DNA of 64,000 nt from Acidimicrobiia bacterium (GTDB lineage Bacteria; Actinomycetota; Acidimicrobiia; IMCC26256; JACDBD01). The notes beneath the pieces are model-generated. The model searched no databases. It saw only the letters and a list, made by a program, of their open reading frames with translations, and was not told the origin of the DNA. Position numbers and translations under genes: made by a program. Shown piece after piece: positions 55,146 to 64,000 of the stretch. Where the stretch lies: positions 9,526 through 73,525 of the forward strand of contig DASZGY010000071.1 of assembly GCA_035938395.1 (NCBI GenBank), given 5' to 3'. Positions within the stretch are counted from its first letter, which is position 1. Each line of letters begins with the position of its first letter.

Positions 55146-56642
55146 ATGCGCTGTCGAGTCCTCGCGGCGACAGCCGTTGTCTTCGTCTTCGTGCTGGCGA
55201 GCGCACATGCAGCCGGCGCCCAGGTCGGCGGCGGGGACCAGGACCCCGGCCGGCGCATCAGCGTCACCGGCGGGCTGGTCGTGGCGGCCGGCGAATCTGT
55301 CCGCGGGCCCGCGGTATCCGCCAATGGGCCCGCCCGCATCGACGGCCGCGTGAACGGCGCCGTGTACGTGGGACGAGGCGACCTGATCGTCTCTGGGCGC
55401 GTGACCGGCGACGCACTCGTGCTGGACGGCGACGCGTTCATCAGCGGACGCGTCGACGGCAGCGTGACCGTGCTCAACGGGAAGGCGACGGTCCGGCGCG
55501 GCGCGGACATCCGAGGCGACGTCGCCTCGCGCACGGCCCCGACCGCGGCGCGCAACACGGTCCGCGGCCACGTGCAGAAGCTTGACGTCAACAGTCTCTT
55601 CGCCGGGTTCGTCGTGGTCATCCTGGCGGTGCTGTGGGTGGCGGTCACGCTGTCGACGGCGGTGCTGGGGCTGCTGTTCGTCTGGTTGTTCCCCCGCGCC
55701 GCCGACGCCGTCGTCGTCGCCGGAAGACGCATCTGGGCGTCGTTCTTCCTCGGGCTGTTCCTCGGGGTCCTTCTTCCGATCCTCGGCGTGGTCATCATTG
55801 CGAGCGTCGTCGGCATTCCCCTCGGCGTGGCGGTCCTCGGGACGCTCGCGGTGCTCATCCCTCTCGGCTACGTCGCCAGCGCGCTGATCTTCGGGCGGCT
55901 CATGGTCCACGGGAGCGGCACGAGCGGGCGGATCGGCGCGTTCTTCGCCGGATTCGGGATCCTGCGCTTCGGCGCCCTCGTGCCCGGCCTCGGGTTCGTC
56001 ATCGGGTTCTTCCTGTCGACCTACGGGTTCGGAGCGGTCATCATCGCCGCCTGGCGCGCCGGCCGGCGCAGCGTCGGCGCCGACGAACTGCAGCCTGAGT
56101 ACGCGGGGACCCCCCCGCCGGTGTACGAGGAGCTGCTGGCGCCCGCCTCGATGCGGCGGCGGAGGCCACCGGCCCGGAAGAGCAACGCCAGGAAGTCACG
56201 CGCCAAGAAAGCACCCGCAAAGAAGCGCGCCACGCGCGCCAAAGCGGGTGGCACGAAGCGATCGACCGGAACGAGGCCGCGGCGGGCAACAGCCAGGAAG
56301 ACTGGTCCGCGAAAGACCACGGCGAAGAAGCGGACCACACGCGCAAAGGCGGCTCCGCGTAAGAGCACGGCGAAGAAGAAGCGTCGAGCCGGTGCGAACG
56401 CAGCGAAGAAGAAGCGTCCGGCGCGCGCGACAAACTCCGCCCGCACGAACGCGGCGAAGAGGACGGCCAAGCGACCGGCGCGCGCGACCGCCGCCAAGAA
56501 GCGGCCCACCGCTGCGAAGCAGACGGCGAAGAAGAGGGGCGCGGCGAACAAGTCGCGAGCCCCCAGGAAGCGCGCGTCGAAGAAGGCACCGGCGCGGAAG
56601 GCCCGCCCGAGCAAGGCTCGGGCACGCGCCGCTCGCGGCTAA
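55146..56642 (+). CDS. signal peptide + bactofilin-like repeat domain + multi-TM region + Lys/Arg/Ala-rich tail
   Basis: Signal MRCRVLAATAVVFVFVLASAHAAGA. Repeats of the G-x-V-x-G-D/S type (IDGRVNGAVYVGRGDLIVSGRVTGDALVLDGDAFISGRVDGSVTVL). About 6 TM segments. 162-aa tail (56154-56639) of AKK/ARK/PRK units. Confidence 0.7.
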   Translation: MRCRVLAATAVVFVFVLASAHAAGAQVGGGDQDPGRRISVTGGLVVAAGESVRGPAVSANGPARIDGRVNGAVYVGRGDLIVSGRVTGDALVLDGDAFISGRVDGSVTVLNGKATVRRGADIRGDVASRTAPTAARNTVRGHVQKLDVNSLFAGFVVVILAVLWVAVTLSTAVLGLLFVWLFPRAADAVVVAGRRIWASFFLGLFLGVLLPILGVVIIASVVGIPLGVAVLGTLAVLIPLGYVASALIFGRLMVHGSGTSGRIGAFFAGFGILRFGALVPGLGFVIGFFLSTYGFGAVIIAAWRAGRRSVGADELQPEYAGTPPPVYEELLAPASMRRRRPPARKSNARKSRAKKAPAKKRATRAKAGGTKRSTGTRPRRATARKTGPRKTTAKKRTTRAKAAPRKSTAKKKRRAGANAAKKKRPARATNSARTNAAKRTAKRPARATAAKKRPTAAKQTAKKRGAANKSRAPRKRASKKAPARKARPSKARARAARG

Positions 56643-56686
56643 TCAATCGAAGCGGTCGCGCACGAGGCGGATACGCTCCGACCGAC

Positions 56687-57481
56687 ATGCGCTTCGAGAC
56701 GTTCGGCATCGTCGGCTACGGCCACTTCGGGCAGTTCCTCGCCGCTTCGCTGGCGCGGTTCGGAAAGGTCCTCGCCTACGACGCCGACGACGCGAAGCTC
56801 GAACACACGACGGAAGGCGTGCGATCGGCTCCACCCGAGGAGGTGGCGGCGGCGGACGTCGTCATCCTCGCGGTGCCCTTCGCGGCGCTCGCCGACGTCC
56901 TGCGCGAGCTCCGGGATCTGCTCGGCAGCGACACCGTCGTGATGGACGTGGTCTCGACCAAGGAGCGGGCCGGCAAGCTGCTCGAGGAGATCCTCCCGCC
57001 CGAGGCCAACCTGCTGGCCACACATCCGCTCTTCGGACCGCCCTCGATGGCGCGGATCGAGCCCGGCCTGCGACTGGTCGTGACGGCCGAGCGAGGTCCG
57101 GCGGCGGCCGGCTTCCGGGGGTTCCTCGAAGAGGTGGTCGGGCTGGAAGTGGTGTCGATCCCGCCGGACGAGCACGACCGCGCGATGGCGTACATGCAGT
57201 CACTCCCGTTCTTCATCGCACGAGCGCTCGTGTCGATCGACCTGTTGGAGCTGAAGCACCGGGATGTGCTCGCCATCCCGTCGTTCGAGAAGCTGGCCGA
57301 GATCGCCTTCATCGAGCAGCAGCACACGGTCGACATGTTCGACACGAGCCAGATCAGCAATCCGTACGCCGACGAAGCCCGCCGCCAGTTCGTGTCGGCA
57401 CTCCAAGAGCTACAGGCCGAGATCGAAGCCCACCGGGCGGGAGAGTCCGCGCCCGACGGCTCAGGAAGCGCCGCGGGCTAA
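56687..57481 (+). CDS. prephenate/arogenate dehydrogenase family protein
   Basis: GIVGYGHFGQ Rossmann motif and ATHPLFGP catalytic His context. Confidence 0.75.
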   Translation: MRFETFGIVGYGHFGQFLAASLARFGKVLAYDADDAKLEHTTEGVRSAPPEEVAAADVVILAVPFAALADVLRELRDLLGSDTVVMDVVSTKERAGKLLEEILPPEANLLATHPLFGPPSMARIEPGLRLVVTAERGPAAAGFRGFLEEVVGLEVVSIPPDEHDRAMAYMQSLPFFIARALVSIDLLELKHRDVLAIPSFEKLAEIAFIEQQHTVDMFDTSQISNPYADEARRQFVSALQELQAEIEAHRAGESAPDGSGSAAG

Positions 57482-58296
57482 CGAAGGGCCGTCAGGCCGC
57501 CGTCGACCACCAGCGTCTGGCCGGTGATGTAGCTCGCCTCGTCCGAGAGCAGGAACACCGTCGCGTAGGCGATCTCCCATGCCGTCCCCTGACGCTGGAG
57601 CGGCACGGGCGTTCGATTCCGCGACGGCCGTCCCGCTGACGCAGCTCGGCCGATGGGCGTGTCGATGAGGCCGGGCGCGACGAGGTTGGCCCGGATCCCG
57701 CGGCGCGCCCCTTCGTGCGCGACATGCCGGCACAGCCCGCCGAGCGCCGCCTTCGACGTGTCGTATGCGGGCAGGCTGCTCCCCGGCGTGATGCCGGCGA
57801 TCGAGCTGATGAACACCACCGCGGCGCCCTCGACGAGGTTCGGCAGGGCCGCCTGACACACGAGGAAGTGCGCCCGAACGTTGACGGCGAAGGTCCTGTC
57901 CCAATCCTCCACGCTGGTGCCCTCGAGGCGGCGACCCTCGCCGATGCCGACGTTCAGCACCAGCCCGTCGAGCGCGCCCAGGCGGGCCTCGGCGCCGGCG
58001 ACGACCGCCGCGCAGTCCTCGGGGCGGGTGACGTCGGCCACGAGCACCTCGGCGCTCCCGCCGGCCGCGGTGATGAGCTCCGCCGTCGCGAGCGCGGCGG
58101 CCTCGTCGCGATCGGCGCAGGCGACCATGGCCCCTTCGCGCGCTGCGAGCGTGGAGATCGCCCGGCCGTTGCCGATCGGCGCGTCGGGATCGTCGGTGTG
58201 TCGTGTGCCGGCGCCGACGACGAGGAGCCGCCGTCCGGCGAGGCGGCCCCGACCCGGCGCGCGTCCGGCGGCTTCGTCGGGCAGCTCGGCGTCCAT
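57478..58296 (-). CDS. short-chain dehydrogenase/reductase (SDR)
   Basis: Start at ATG 58296 (MDAELPDE). LVVGAG...GNGRA cofactor region, NVG, YDTSKAAL (YxxxK). Confidence 0.85.
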   Translation of the reverse strand: MDAELPDEAAGRAPGRGRLAGRRLLVVGAGTRHTDDPDAPIGNGRAISTLAAREGAMVACADRDEAAALATAELITAAGGSAEVLVADVTRPEDCAAVVAGAEARLGALDGLVLNVGIGEGRRLEGTSVEDWDRTFAVNVRAHFLVCQAALPNLVEGAAVVFISSIAGITPGSSLPAYDTSKAALGGLCRHVAHEGARRGIRANLVAPGLIDTPIGRAASAGRPSRNRTPVPLQRQGTAWEIAYATVFLLSDEASYITGQTLVVDGGLTALR

Positions 58297-58307
58297 GGAG
58301 ACGCGGC

Positions 58308-58889
58308 CTACGCCGGCCCGTCGGGGAGGCCGGCGACGCCGGGCTCGCGTTGCACGCCCAGCGAGTTCAGCGCGAAGGCGACCATGTGGTACTGGCCTAC
58401 CAGCATGGGCACCTCGATCAGCTGCCGCTCGTCGTAGCGCGCCGCGAGTGCCGACCACGTGGCATCGGTGATGCACGCGTCGTCGTGCAGCTCGTCGACG
58501 GCGTTGAGGAGCGTCCGGTCGAACGGGGCCCAGCCGGGCGCGTCGGGCCCGGCGACGACGCGGTCGATCTCCTCGTCGGAGATCTCCACCGCCTTCGCCA
58601 GGCGCACGTGCTGCCCCCACTCGTACGGCGCCCGGCATCGCCACGCGGCGCGCAGGATCAGGAGCTCACGATCGCGGGCGGGCAACTTGCCGGCGAGCAG
58701 CTTGCCCGCGAACGGCATCCACCGGCGGAACAGCCCGGGATGGCGCACGAGCGTGGCGAAGATGTTGACGGCCTCGGCGTTCGGCAGCCGAACCTCCTCG
58801 AGGAGCGCGCTCGTCTCCTGGTTCATCTCGTCGTCACCGAGGGGCGGGATGCGCGGCGTCTGCGGACGTGCCGGTTCGCTCGTGGTCAT
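58308..58889 (-). CDS. carboxymuconolactone decarboxylase (AhpD-like) family protein
   Basis: ATG 58889 (MTTSEPARP). RELLILRAAWRCRAPYEWGQHV fits the CMD-family core. Confidence 0.75.
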   Translation of the reverse strand: MTTSEPARPQTPRIPPLGDDEMNQETSALLEEVRLPNAEAVNIFATLVRHPGLFRRWMPFAGKLLAGKLPARDRELLILRAAWRCRAPYEWGQHVRLAKAVEISDEEIDRVVAGPDAPGWAPFDRTLLNAVDELHDDACITDATWSALAARYDERQLIEVPMLVGQYHMVAFALNSLGVQREPGVAGLPDGPA

Positions 58890-58928
58890 CGGCGACACGG
58901 TAGATGACGTTTCTTCGCCCCCGCCGTG

Positions 58929-59744
58929 TCAGCGCGTCGATCGACCGCCGGTGTTGCTCCCTCGACCCGCACGTGGGGCGGCGCGTTCGGAGCGCCGGGC
59001 CGGCCGAGGCGTCCGGGAAGACCTGACTTTGATAGGTCGGCGAGCCACCACCGGCGACCCGGATCGCGACGAGCGTGCGGCTGCCGGTGCGCGGCGCCCC
59101 AGCGGAGCGGGCTCGGTTTGCGTGCCCGCCGGTTCCGTCGGCGAGGCCGGCGTCTCGTCGGGCGGCGGAGGCGGCCGGCGCTTGGGCCGCGCCAAGCGTC
59201 CGGCGCTGCGGGGCGGCGGGACGTCGGCGGGCGGGATGCCGCCCAGGGCAGTTCCCGATGCGCCGACGAATCGCGCCAGGGACTCGCGCGTGAGGTGTTG
59301 TGGCAGCGCGGCGACGTTGGCGGGGAGCGACGTGAACCATTGCCGGGCGCTGTGCCGGGCCTCGCGGAAGTACCGCTTGAGGCGGGGCCCGTAGGCGCCG
59401 CCGTGGCTCGCACGCATCGGGTCCGACGCGTCCATCGCGTCGACCATCTCCTCACCCATCAGGACGACGACGCCGAGCATGGTGATCGCGCCAAGGCCGA
59501 ACATCGCCACCGCGAACGCCCGGATCGGCCCGGCCGCCGGCGCGTCCTGCGAGATCTTGGCCAGGACCACGGAACCGCCCACGACGCCGAAGGAGATGAC
59601 GCCGATGCGGCGGAAGGCGCGCTTCTCCGGGTCGGCGTGGCTGCGCTGCCACCACGCAAGGGCGCGAGCGCGGAGACTTGTGCCTCGTCGCGGCATGTGC
59701 GCAAGGTAATGAGCGCGGCGGCGCAATTGGTGGATGGTCGGCAT
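58929..59744 (-). CDS. hypothetical membrane protein with disordered Pro/Arg-rich C-terminus
   Basis: Two TM segments (IGVISFGVVGGSVVLA; AFAVAMFGLGAITMLGVVVLM). The rest is low complexity. No family recognised. Confidence 0.45.
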   Translation of the reverse strand: MPTIHQLRRRAHYLAHMPRRGTSLRARALAWWQRSHADPEKRAFRRIGVISFGVVGGSVVLAKISQDAPAAGPIRAFAVAMFGLGAITMLGVVVLMGEEMVDAMDASDPMRASHGGAYGPRLKRYFREARHSARQWFTSLPANVAALPQHLTRESLARFVGASGTALGGIPPADVPPPRSAGRLARPKRRPPPPPDETPASPTEPAGTQTEPAPLGRRAPAAARSSRSGSPVVARRPIKVRSSRTPRPARRSERAAPRAGRGSNTGGRSTR

Positions 59745-59774
59745 CCAGCCGTCGGCGCGGGGGATTTGCGCGCC

Positions 59775-61166
59775 TCAGTCGGCGGCGAGCACCTCTGCCG
59801 CGGCGCGCTCACCGGATCGGATCGCGCCGTCGATGCTGCCGTGCGACACCGTTGCGGTCTCGCTCCCGGCCCAGTGGATGCGGCCGACGGGCGCGCGCAA
59901 CGCCCGTCCGAACTGGGTGAGCACCCCGGGAGGCATGTGCGCCATGAAGCACCCGCGCGTCCACCGCTCCTCGGCCCAGTCGATCTCCTCGTAGTGCGCC
60001 GCGTGCGCGGCGCGCGCCCCGAAGCGTGTCACGAGCGTGTCGAGCACGAGGCGGCGTCGCTGGTCGGGATCCAGGGCGCCGAGGGTGCGTGCGTACGGGC
60101 CGAAGCCGAACGCGGCGAGCACGCCGGGGACGCCCGACCGCGGCGACGCGTCCAGTGTCATCTCGATCTGCGACGACGTCGCGACCGACTGACCGTTGAG
60201 GCCATCGGTCCGCCAGAACGGCTCGTCGTACATCACCGAGACCTTGAGAATCGATCCCGCCGGCATGCTCTGCACGAGCAGCGCGCGGTCGACGGGGAGC
60301 TGCGGCTCGTAGGTGAGGTGCCCGGAGAGCGTGGGCGGGATGGTGACGATCACCCGGCGGGCCCGTACGTCGGTCCCGTCGCCGCGCACGACCACGCCGC
60401 TGCCGTCCTGGGTGATCGCGCGCACCGGCCGTTCGAGGAGCAGCGCGTCGCCGAGCTCGGCGGCGACGCGGTCGGCCATCGTCTGCGCGCCGCCCGTCAC
60501 GCGGTCCTGCTGGTAGCCGCCCTCGACCGACAGCAAGCGGTTGAGCCCGTTCGCCGACCGGATGAGATAGAGGACATGTAGCAGCGACACCTCGGCGGGG
60601 TCGCAGTTGAAGAGGCCGCGGACGGCGGAGGCGAGCAGCCCCTGTCCGTCGCGGGCCGGCACGGTGGCGGTGTCGATCCAGTGGGCGGCGCTGCGCGCGT
60701 CCCACGCCTTGGCCCGGCGTGCCGTCCACGGCTCGTCGAGCGGCACTCGCTTGGCCATGGCATCCAGGCGCGCCATCCCGAGCGACAGGCTGGCGAGTGC
60801 GATGGGGTTGATCGGGGGGATGAGGCCGCCGAAGCGCTTCACCGCGTCTCGCCCGGCAAAGACGGTCTCGCCCTCGTTCCATGTGGGATACGTGGTGACG
60901 CCGAGCTCGGCCGCGAGCGCGTAGGCGCGGTCCTGCCCGGGGCCGAGCCAGGTGCCGCCGATGTCGACAGGTGTGCCGTCCGGCGCGGGACGGGTCCACA
61001 CGCGCCCGCCGACTCGGTCGCGCGCCTCGAGCACGATCGCCGCGGCGCCGGCCTGGGTGAGACGCCGCGCGGCGGTCAGACCCGCGTAGCCGGCGCCGAT
61101 CACGCACACGTCGGCGTCGAGGTCGGCCACCGCGAGGACGCTACCGGTGAGCGAAAGCACCGGCAC
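59775..61166 (-). CDS. FAD-dependent amine oxidase (flavin monoamine oxidase family)
   Basis: DVCVIGAGYAGLTAARRL dinucleotide fold, LEARDRVGGR, and C-terminal GAIRSGERAA. Confidence 0.85.
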   Translation of the reverse strand: MPVLSLTGSVLAVADLDADVCVIGAGYAGLTAARRLTQAGAAAIVLEARDRVGGRVWTRPAPDGTPVDIGGTWLGPGQDRAYALAAELGVTTYPTWNEGETVFAGRDAVKRFGGLIPPINPIALASLSLGMARLDAMAKRVPLDEPWTARRAKAWDARSAAHWIDTATVPARDGQGLLASAVRGLFNCDPAEVSLLHVLYLIRSANGLNRLLSVEGGYQQDRVTGGAQTMADRVAAELGDALLLERPVRAITQDGSGVVVRGDGTDVRARRVIVTIPPTLSGHLTYEPQLPVDRALLVQSMPAGSILKVSVMYDEPFWRTDGLNGQSVATSSQIEMTLDASPRSGVPGVLAAFGFGPYARTLGALDPDQRRRLVLDTLVTRFGARAAHAAHYEEIDWAEERWTRGCFMAHMPPGVLTQFGRALRAPVGRIHWAGSETATVSHGSIDGAIRSGERAAAEVLAAD

Positions 61167-61246
61167 GGGAGGAATGGCGGTGCAGTGCTGCTCGACGCCT
61201 GATGACCTGAGGCGGCGGCCGCCCGTTAGCGTGGTGGCTTCGAGCG

Positions 61247-62134
61247 ATGCCCGGAATCCCGCCGCTCGCGTCGCTCCTCGCCGGAGGTCTCATGGAAGCC
61301 ACATCGCGCCCGGGCGGTCTCGCTCGGTGGTGCGCGACGAAGGTGGACCGTGCCCGAGCTCGGCTCGGCCTCACGTGGCGCGGGGTTTGCGCCCTGGCTG
61401 CGGCCGTCGTGGCGCTGGTCGCCGCGGTGACCGTGCTCGGTGGCGTGGCGGAGGACGTGATCCGGCACAACGGTCTTGCGAGCAGTGACGCCGCCCACCT
61501 CAGGCTCTTCACCGACCACCGCCCGGACCTCCTGGTCAACGCCGCTCGCGTCGTCACCGACCTCGGCGGCGTGTTCGTGCTCGCGCTCATCGCCGTCGCC
61601 GCCGGCCTCCTGTTGTGGTACCGGGGCGTCCCCCTCGTCGCCGCCGCCGCACCTGCGTTTGCGCTCGGCGTGGGAGCCACGCTCGCGGACATCGGCAAAC
61701 AGGCCGTCGATCGTGCTCGGCCCGGGGTCGGGTTTCGCTTGATCGCGCAAGGCGAGCCGTCGTTCCCATCCGGCCACGCCACCGACAGCGCCGCCGTGTT
61801 CTTGACGCTCGGGCTCGTCCTCGCCGTCTTCGTGCTCAGGCGCCCGCTGGCCCGGCTCGCGACCATGACGGCGAGCGGCCTCCTCGTGGCGGCCATCGGC
61901 GTCACCCGACTCGTGCTCGGCGTGCACTGGCCGACGGACGTGCTGGCGGGATGGGCGCTCGGCGCGACGGCCGCCCTCACGGTGACCATCGCCGCCACGC
62001 TCGTCACACGGGCGGTGCCGCCCGGGTCTCAGCCGGCCGACGGTCGGGCTCGGCGGGCGGCGCACGGCCTCGGTCAGCTGCTCACCGCCGCAAGGTCTCC
62101 GGCTCAACGCGAGGAGAAGCTCCGAGCCGCATAG
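61247..62134 (+). CDS. PAP2-family phosphatase (membrane)
   Basis: KQAVDRARP (KxxxxxxRP), PSGH, TRLVLGVHWPTD (SRxxxxxHxxxD variant). Confidence 0.8.
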   Translation: MPGIPPLASLLAGGLMEATSRPGGLARWCATKVDRARARLGLTWRGVCALAAAVVALVAAVTVLGGVAEDVIRHNGLASSDAAHLRLFTDHRPDLLVNAARVVTDLGGVFVLALIAVAAGLLLWYRGVPLVAAAAPAFALGVGATLADIGKQAVDRARPGVGFRLIAQGEPSFPSGHATDSAAVFLTLGLVLAVFVLRRPLARLATMTASGLLVAAIGVTRLVLGVHWPTDVLAGWALGATAALTVTIAATLVTRAVPPGSQPADGRARRAAHGLGQLLTAARSPAQREEKLRAA

Positions 62135-62180
62135 GTCGCGACTCCGCCGACGCGGCGTCGCGTGGGTACCCTCGCGCGGA

Positions 62181-62477
62181 GTGGAAGGCCTGTTCGCGCC
62201 CTGGCACCTCTTGATCGTGTTCGTCGTGGCGCTGCTCGTCTTCGGGCCGTCCAAGCTCCCGGAGATGGGCCGTCAAATCGGCCGCGGGATGGCCGAGTTC
62301 CGGAAGTTCCGTGACTCGTTCGACGGCGAACTCAGAGGCTTCCTCGGCCACGACGAGCACCACGAGGACGAGGAGCCCAAGCCATCGGGCGGTGAGCTCC
62401 CGCCGGCCCAGACCGACAGGAAGCCCCCGCCGGCCGATACCGGCGGGAGGCCCCCGTTGCCGGAAGGTCGCGACTAG
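62181..62477 (+). CDS. tatA: twin-arginine translocase TatA/E-family protein
   Basis: GTG start. HLLIVFVVALLVFGPSKLPEMGRQIGRGMAEFRK is the canonical TatA TM + hinge + amphipathic helix. Confidence 0.85.
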   Translation: MEGLFAPWHLLIVFVVALLVFGPSKLPEMGRQIGRGMAEFRKFRDSFDGELRGFLGHDEHHEDEEPKPSGGELPPAQTDRKPPPADTGGRPPLPEGRD

Positions 62478-62483
62478 CGGGCG

Positions 62484-63062
62484 TCAGTAGCCGGAGCCGC
62501 CGCTGCTCGCGGTCGTGGCCGTGGTCGATCCGCCGCTCCCTGTGCTTCCGCCGACCTTCACCACGTGCCAGATGCCGCCGAAGCTGTTGATGCCTTCGCC
62601 GTTGGTGGTTCCCGCCGACGCGTCACCCTGGAAGGTGTAGACGGGTGCGCCGTTGATCGTGACCTGCGTGCCCATGACGGCGACGTTCTTCACGCCGGAA
62701 CCGGTTGCCTTGGTCGTCCCTGCGGGTAGCGACACCGGCGGCCAGACCGTCTGGCACATGCCCGTGCACGGAACCTGCTGGCTCCCGTTCGTGAGCGTGT
62801 AGACGGTCTTGCCCGTGCTGTCGACCGCGATCGTGCCGAGCGTCGAGCTGTTGGCCGTCTTGACGGCTGCCGCTGCTGCAGCTCCCTTCGACGTCGTGGT
62901 CGTCGTCTTCTTCGACGAGCTGGAGCTCGAGCCCCCGCACGCCGCCAGTGCGATCACCGCGGCGGCGCCCAGGGCGACGAACGCGGAGACCCGCGCCTTC
63001 CGAGCGCGGGTTGGGGAACGGCGCGGCACCCTTGCGCCGGCACCTGCTGTTCCGTAGTGCAT
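62484..63062 (-). CDS. lipoprotein with Yx(FWY)xxD repeats (COG4315-like)
   Basis: Start at ATG 63062 (MHYGTAG). Lipobox LAAC, Ser/Thr linker, GKTVYTLTNG and GAPVYTFQGD repeat motifs. Confidence 0.7.
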   Translation of the reverse strand: MHYGTAGAGARVPRRSPTRARKARVSAFVALGAAAVIALAACGGSSSSSSKKTTTTTSKGAAAAAAVKTANSSTLGTIAVDSTGKTVYTLTNGSQQVPCTGMCQTVWPPVSLPAGTTKATGSGVKNVAVMGTQVTINGAPVYTFQGDASAGTTNGEGINSFGGIWHVVKVGGSTGSGGSTTATTASSGGSGY

Positions 63063-63300
63063 GGTTTTCCTTTCGCTGCGATTTCTTGGACGCCAGGAAC
63101 TACGGCGCCGCTCGCCCACAGGATTGCCCTGACCCACGGCCGCGTCTACGCCGGGGTCCATCTTGATGGTGAATACGTCCCTTCGGGTGCAATCGAACGC
63201 CTTCGTCGGCTTTGGGAAGCCCCCACGGCCACGTCGGTGGGGCCGACCATGGCGTCGCCGTCCACGCCGGCCGTGAAGTCCTACACGTACGATCCCGTCC

Positions 63301-64000
63301 ATGACGGCGGATCTCGCGACCGAGCAACTCATCGAGACCGCATGCGAGCAGACGGGACTCGACGACTTCGGCGCTGACACCTTTCGGCTCGGGCTCGACC
63401 GCCTCGTCGACGGACTGAACAACGAGTCGCACCTCAACGAGGTCGGCGAGGTGATGGCGCCGATGACCGTGCTCGGTCACCTGACGAACCGCTTGCAGGT
63501 GACCGACTGGCACCGACGGTATCCCGAGATCGGCGCGGCCGACGTCACGCCTCCGATTGTCATGATCGGCATGGGACGCACCGGCCGACGATCCTGCACG
63601 ACCTGTTCGGCCAGGATCCGGCCAATCGCGTCCCACGCACATGGGAGGTAGACCATCCGTCCCCGCCGCCCGAGTCGGCCACGTACGAGACGGATCCGCG
63701 TATCGCCGAATCGCAGGCGGGGATCGACCTCGCGTACGAGATGCGCCCCGAGCTGCGGTCGATGCACCCGATGGGCGCGCGTCTCGGCCAGGAGTGCATC
63801 GTGATCACGGGCGGCGAGCTCGCCAGCGCCATTTTCAACAGCCAGTTCCGTCTGCCGTCGTACCTCCACTGGGTCACGAGCGAGGCCGACATGGCGCCGG
63901 CGTACCGGTGGCACCGGCAGTTCCTGCAGCTGCTCCAGTGGCGCAACCCGGGCGGTCGCTGGGTCCTCAAGACGGGTGCCCATCTGTGGGCACTGCCCGA
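63301..64000 (+). pseudogene. sulfotransferase-family gene with a 1-nt frameshift in the PAPS-binding loop (or a sequencing error); 3' end off-window
   Basis: Frame 1 reads ...PPIVMIGMGRTG then RRSCTTCSARIRP...stop at 63649. Shifting one base after 63585 reads TILHDLFGQDPANRVPRTWEVDHPSPPPESATYETDPRIAES...RWVLKTGAHLWALP to the window edge. Confidence 0.65.

Noticed and set aside
1-64000. Prophage, integrative element, defence island or toxin-antitoxin modules
   Set aside because: I found no integrase, transposase, recombinase, phage structural gene, restriction/helicase/nuclease-type large ORF, tRNA attachment site or flanking direct repeats. The window reads as core/accessory chromosome.

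Overview
High-GC (roughly 70% by eye) actinobacterial-type chromosomal segment with about 65 protein-coding genes on both strands. I found no rRNA, tRNA, CRISPR array, transposase, integrase or phage genes. Many long Arg/Pro/Gly-rich ORFs in the six-frame track are shadow ORFs of the real genes, as expected at this GC content. All family names come from motif recognition by eye, not database searches. The content is a mosaic: envelope and secreted functions (copper-radical oxidase, lytic transglycosylase, M23 and NlpC/P60 peptidases, HtrA-like protease, OatA-like acyltransferase, several lipoproteins, TatA); efflux and regulation (two DrrAB-like ABC-2 pairs, TetR+MFS, MarR, an OmpR-type two-component system, a GAF-GGDEF cyclase, an orphan STAS protein); sulfur handling (persulfide dioxygenase-rhodanese operon, arylsulfatase, a frameshifted sulfotransferase); lipid-related genes (PlsY, FadD, MMPL, lipase-maturation-factor homologue, PAP2, enoyl-CoA hydratase); and a four-gene glycosyltransferase operon. 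Operons are tightly coupled, with many ATGA/GTGA start-stop overlaps. Most worth a second look: (1) a copper-radical oxidase followed by an internally duplicated secreted protein whose predicted mature N-terminus is His; (2) two paralogous 225-aa His-rich membrane proteins, each beside lipid-handling membrane machinery; (3) a CpxP/Spy-like LTxxQ tandem-repeat protein directly upstream of a two-component system; (4) a signal peptide + bactofilin-like + multi-TM protein with a 162-aa histone-H1-like Lys/Arg/Ala tail; (5) a Cys/Pro-rich lipoprotein preceded by a 577-nt gene-free region; (6) three apparent single-base frame problems (sulfotransferase P-loop, NlpC/P60 start, MFS start).
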